A DNA stretch of 36,925 bases, taken from NCBI GenBank assembly GCA_039796255.1, contig JBDKKE010000456.1, positions 1 to 36,925 on the forward strand, in the 5' to 3' direction. A model generated the notes under the pieces. The model did no database searches, had not been told where the DNA came from, and saw nothing but the letters and a program-made list of their open reading frames with translations. Position 1 is the first letter of the stretch, and each line of letters begins with the position of its first letter. This stretch comes from Verrucomicrobiota bacterium. GTDB lineage: Bacteria > Verrucomicrobiota > Verrucomicrobiia > Limisphaerales > UBA9464. The translations under genes and the position numbers were made by a program. Below, in pieces: positions 34,867 to 36,925 of the stretch.

Positions 34867-36925
34867 TCAGTGGTTGAAGACAAACTCGGGGGAATTGAGC
34901 AGCGCCCAAAAGACATCCTCCGTCGCCGTCTGGCGCGTGGCGCCCTGGGCGGCGTAGGCGGCGGATGCCGCCGTCAGTTCCGCCGCGGACGGCGGGCGGC
35001 TCAGGGTGGTGAGGTACAACTCCGTGGCGATCTCCTCCGGCGACTTCGGACTCTCCGCCAGTTTCCGGACACGCCCCGTCGGATCGCTCAGCTTCGCCTG
35101 GAGGGTCCTTGAATTCATCAGGTGCAGGGTCTGCACCACGCTGAGCTGGGTGTCGCGCTCGCAGGGACAGTCGCTGCTGGAGTTGGGACGCCCAAAAGCG
35201 TCCAGGAAATGGGACTCGATCTTGTAGCTCCAGGCCTGGGTGGCACGGCCGCCGGCGGGCAGGGCGGCAAAGGTGTCCGGCACGCCCGTCGCATCGCGCA
35301 CCGCATCCACCATGACTTCTGCCGGAAGACGTCGCCGGTAGGCCCGGGAGAAATTGCGGGTGTCGGCAAGATTGGACGGATTCGGTTCAGTGCTCAGCTG
35401 ATAGGTGCCGGACTCCAGGATGGTCCGAATGAGGTGCTTCAGGTCGTAACCGTGGGCGACAAAGTCCGCTGCCAGGGCGTCCAGCAGTTGGGGGTTTACA
35501 CAGGGGTTGGAGGTGCGGAAGTCGTCCACGGGATGCACAAGTCCGCGTCCGAAGAAATGGGCCCACACGCGGTTCACTGCGGCACGGGCGAAGAACGGAT
35601 TCTCAGGCGCGGTCATCCAGTCCGCCAGAGCGCGTCGCGGATCGCCGGTGTCCGCGGGGACGGTGGGACCGTCCGGGGCACGCGGCATCATGGTCTCACC
35701 GGTGACCGGATGCTTCACCGCGCCGCCCGGGGCGAAATAGAAGGTCTCGGTGCCGGCGGAGATGGGCGGGGACAACCCGGCGCCCTTCTGCTTCAGGGGT
35801 CCGAAAAAGGCCGCGAACTGGTAGAAGTCATCCTGACTCCACTTCTCATTCGGGTGATGATGGCACTTGGCGCACTCCAGGCGCGTACCGAGGAAGAGTT
35901 GGCTGAACATCGTGGTCAGCTCCGGCGGTTCGCGACGGTCGCGGTAGATGACCGCCGGTCCGGCCCGGTGGTTGGAGCCCTCGGCCAGCACGATTTCACG
36001 AACGAACTGGTCGTATGGCTGGTTCGCCTGGAACCGCTCGCGCAGCCACTGGTCGAGCAGGAACACGCTCTTCACCCCGACGCGGTCCGGGTTCGGACGC
36101 AGCAAATCAGCCCATTGGTTGGCCCAGAAATCGGCGTAGGCCGGATCGTCCAGCACCCGGGCAACCAACTGACGTCGTTTGTCAGGAGACGCGTCCGCCG
36201 TGAAGGCCCGGACTTCCTCCGGTGTGGGCAGCAGCCCCACGGCATCGAGCTTGGCACGGCGGAGAAACTCGGAGTCGGAGCAGAGATCCGAGGGGAACAG
36301 TCCCAGTCGTTGAAACTGTTCGTGGGCCAGTCGGTCGATGAAATTGTTCGTCGACAGCGCGGCGTACTGATCGGCGGGGAGGCGATGGTCGGCGGGCACC
36401 ATGATTTGCGCGTCGGCCACAAACCCCATGTAGCGCGCCACCACCACGCCCTGGCCGGTCAGTTGACCGATGGTGATCCGCCCGGGTTCGTCCACCCGGG
36501 CCATCTCCTTGTCGTTGGAATCGTAGGCGGCAAGCCGGGTCACGTCGCGAACACTGCCGTCGGAATAGTGCGCGAGCACCAGGAGACGCTGGATGGATCC
36601 CTTCCGGTACCGTCGCTCCCTGGGAAACGCCGTGACGCGCACCAGCGCGGGTTCGTTGGTCAGGGCGTAAGGCATGCCGGAGCGCAGCCAACGGTCCAGC
36701 AATTGGTGGGTCTCCGAACCCCGCGCGAAGCGCTGACCGCCCTCATGGGGCACCTCCGCCAGCGGCTTGAGCAACAACAGACTTTCGTCGGGCGCGGCGG
36801 GAAAGATTCGGCGTCCGCGCGCATCCTTGATGATTTCGGCGTAGTCGGCCCTGGGATCGTAGGAGAACACCGACAGCTTGAATCCATTCTGACCCTCCGG
36901 TTTGGCGTGGCAGCCGCCGGCGGAG
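34867..36925 (-). CDS. PSCyt1/PSCyt2(DUF1549)/PSD1(DUF1553) domain protein, 5' end outside window
   Basis: The reading frame is open to the window edge; the track's M at 36870 is a GTG. Extending the frame gives ..GGCHAKPEGQNGFKLSVFSYDP, a CxxCH-like planctomycete cytochrome motif. DUF1549 region FIDRLAHEQFQRLGLFPS..FLRRAKLDAVGLLPTPEEV..FWANQWADLLR. Also the conserved LECAKCHHHPNEKWSQDDFYQFAAFF and a DUF1553-type C-terminus. Confidence 0.9.
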   Translation of the reverse strand, partial: SAGGCHAKPEGQNGFKLSVFSYDPRADYAEIIKDARGRRIFPAAPDESLLLLKPLAEVPHEGGQRFARGSETHQLLDRWLRSGMPYALTNEPALVRVTAFPRERRYRKGSIQRLLVLAHYSDGSVRDVTRLAAYDSNDKEMARVDEPGRITIGQLTGQGVVVARYMGFVADAQIMVPADHRLPADQYAALSTNNFIDRLAHEQFQRLGLFPSDLCSDSEFLRRAKLDAVGLLPTPEEVRAFTADASPDKRRQLVARVLDDPAYADFWANQWADLLRPNPDRVGVKSVFLLDQWLRERFQANQPYDQFVREIVLAEGSNHRAGPAVIYRDRREPPELTTMFSQLFLGTRLECAKCHHHPNEKWSQDDFYQFAAFFGPLKQKGAGLSPPISAGTETFYFAPGGAVKHPVTGETMMPRAPDGPTVPADTGDPRRALADWMTAPENPFFARAAVNRVWAHFFGRGLVHPVDDFRTSNPCVNPQLLDALAADFVAHGYDLKHLIRTILESGTYQLSTEPNPSNLADTRNFSRAYRRRLPAEVMVDAVRDATGVPDTFAALPAGGRATQAWSYKIESHFLDAFGRPNSSSDCPCERDTQLSVVQTLHLMNSRTLQAKLSDPTGRVRKLAESPKSPEEIATELYLTTLSRPPSAAELTAASAAYAAQGATRQTATEDVFWALLNSPEFVFNH

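Overview
This is a high-G+C segment (about mid-60s % by eye) that looks chromosomal rather than mobile. It most likely comes from a PVC-superphylum bacterium (Verrucomicrobiota or Planctomycetota). That placement is inferred from a PSCyt/DUF1549/DUF1553 plus Tat-signal DUF1501 gene pair and two prepilin-like proteins of the DUF1559 (H-X9-DG) type.

Gene content, left to right:
- lspA (partial)
- a two-domain alpha/beta-hydrolase
- cysS
- a prepilin-like protein
- a translationally coupled recC-recB-recD operon
- a CPA1 Na+/H+ antiporter
- a class-V aminotransferase
- a PNPOx-like protein
- tRNA-Ala(GGC)
- a MutT-like Nudix hydrolase
- UDP-glucose 6-dehydrogenase
- a membrane-anchored TPR-like protein
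- DUF554 and YoaK/DUF1275 membrane proteins
- a GT2 glycosyltransferase
- a DUF971 / ABC ATPase / large putative exporter membrane protein / DUF3313 lipoprotein block
- a minus-strand block: partial PSCyt-DUF1553, DUF1501, a double-PPC secreted protein, a collagen-like protein with a BclA/C1q-like C-terminal domain, and a second prepilin-like protein

I found no CRISPR array, integrase, transposase, toxin-antitoxin pair or recognisable dedicated defence system other than RecBCD. Most long ORFs in the six-frame track are antisense shadow ORFs typical of high-GC DNA.

The items most worth a second look are:
- the collagen/BclA-like surface-fibre candidate and its 126-bp modular repeats
- a family of intergenic inverted-arm elements built from CACGGATGG units (two copies)
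- a 7 x 7-bp tandem heptamer (ACCAATG) in a divergent promoter region
- a telomere-like G-quadruplex motif that fills a convergent intergenic gap
- a 9-bp in-frame tandem repeat inside recC
- the uncharacterised PSCyt/DUF1501/PPC and DUF971/ABC/lipoprotein clusters

None of these can be declared a new system from sequence alone.
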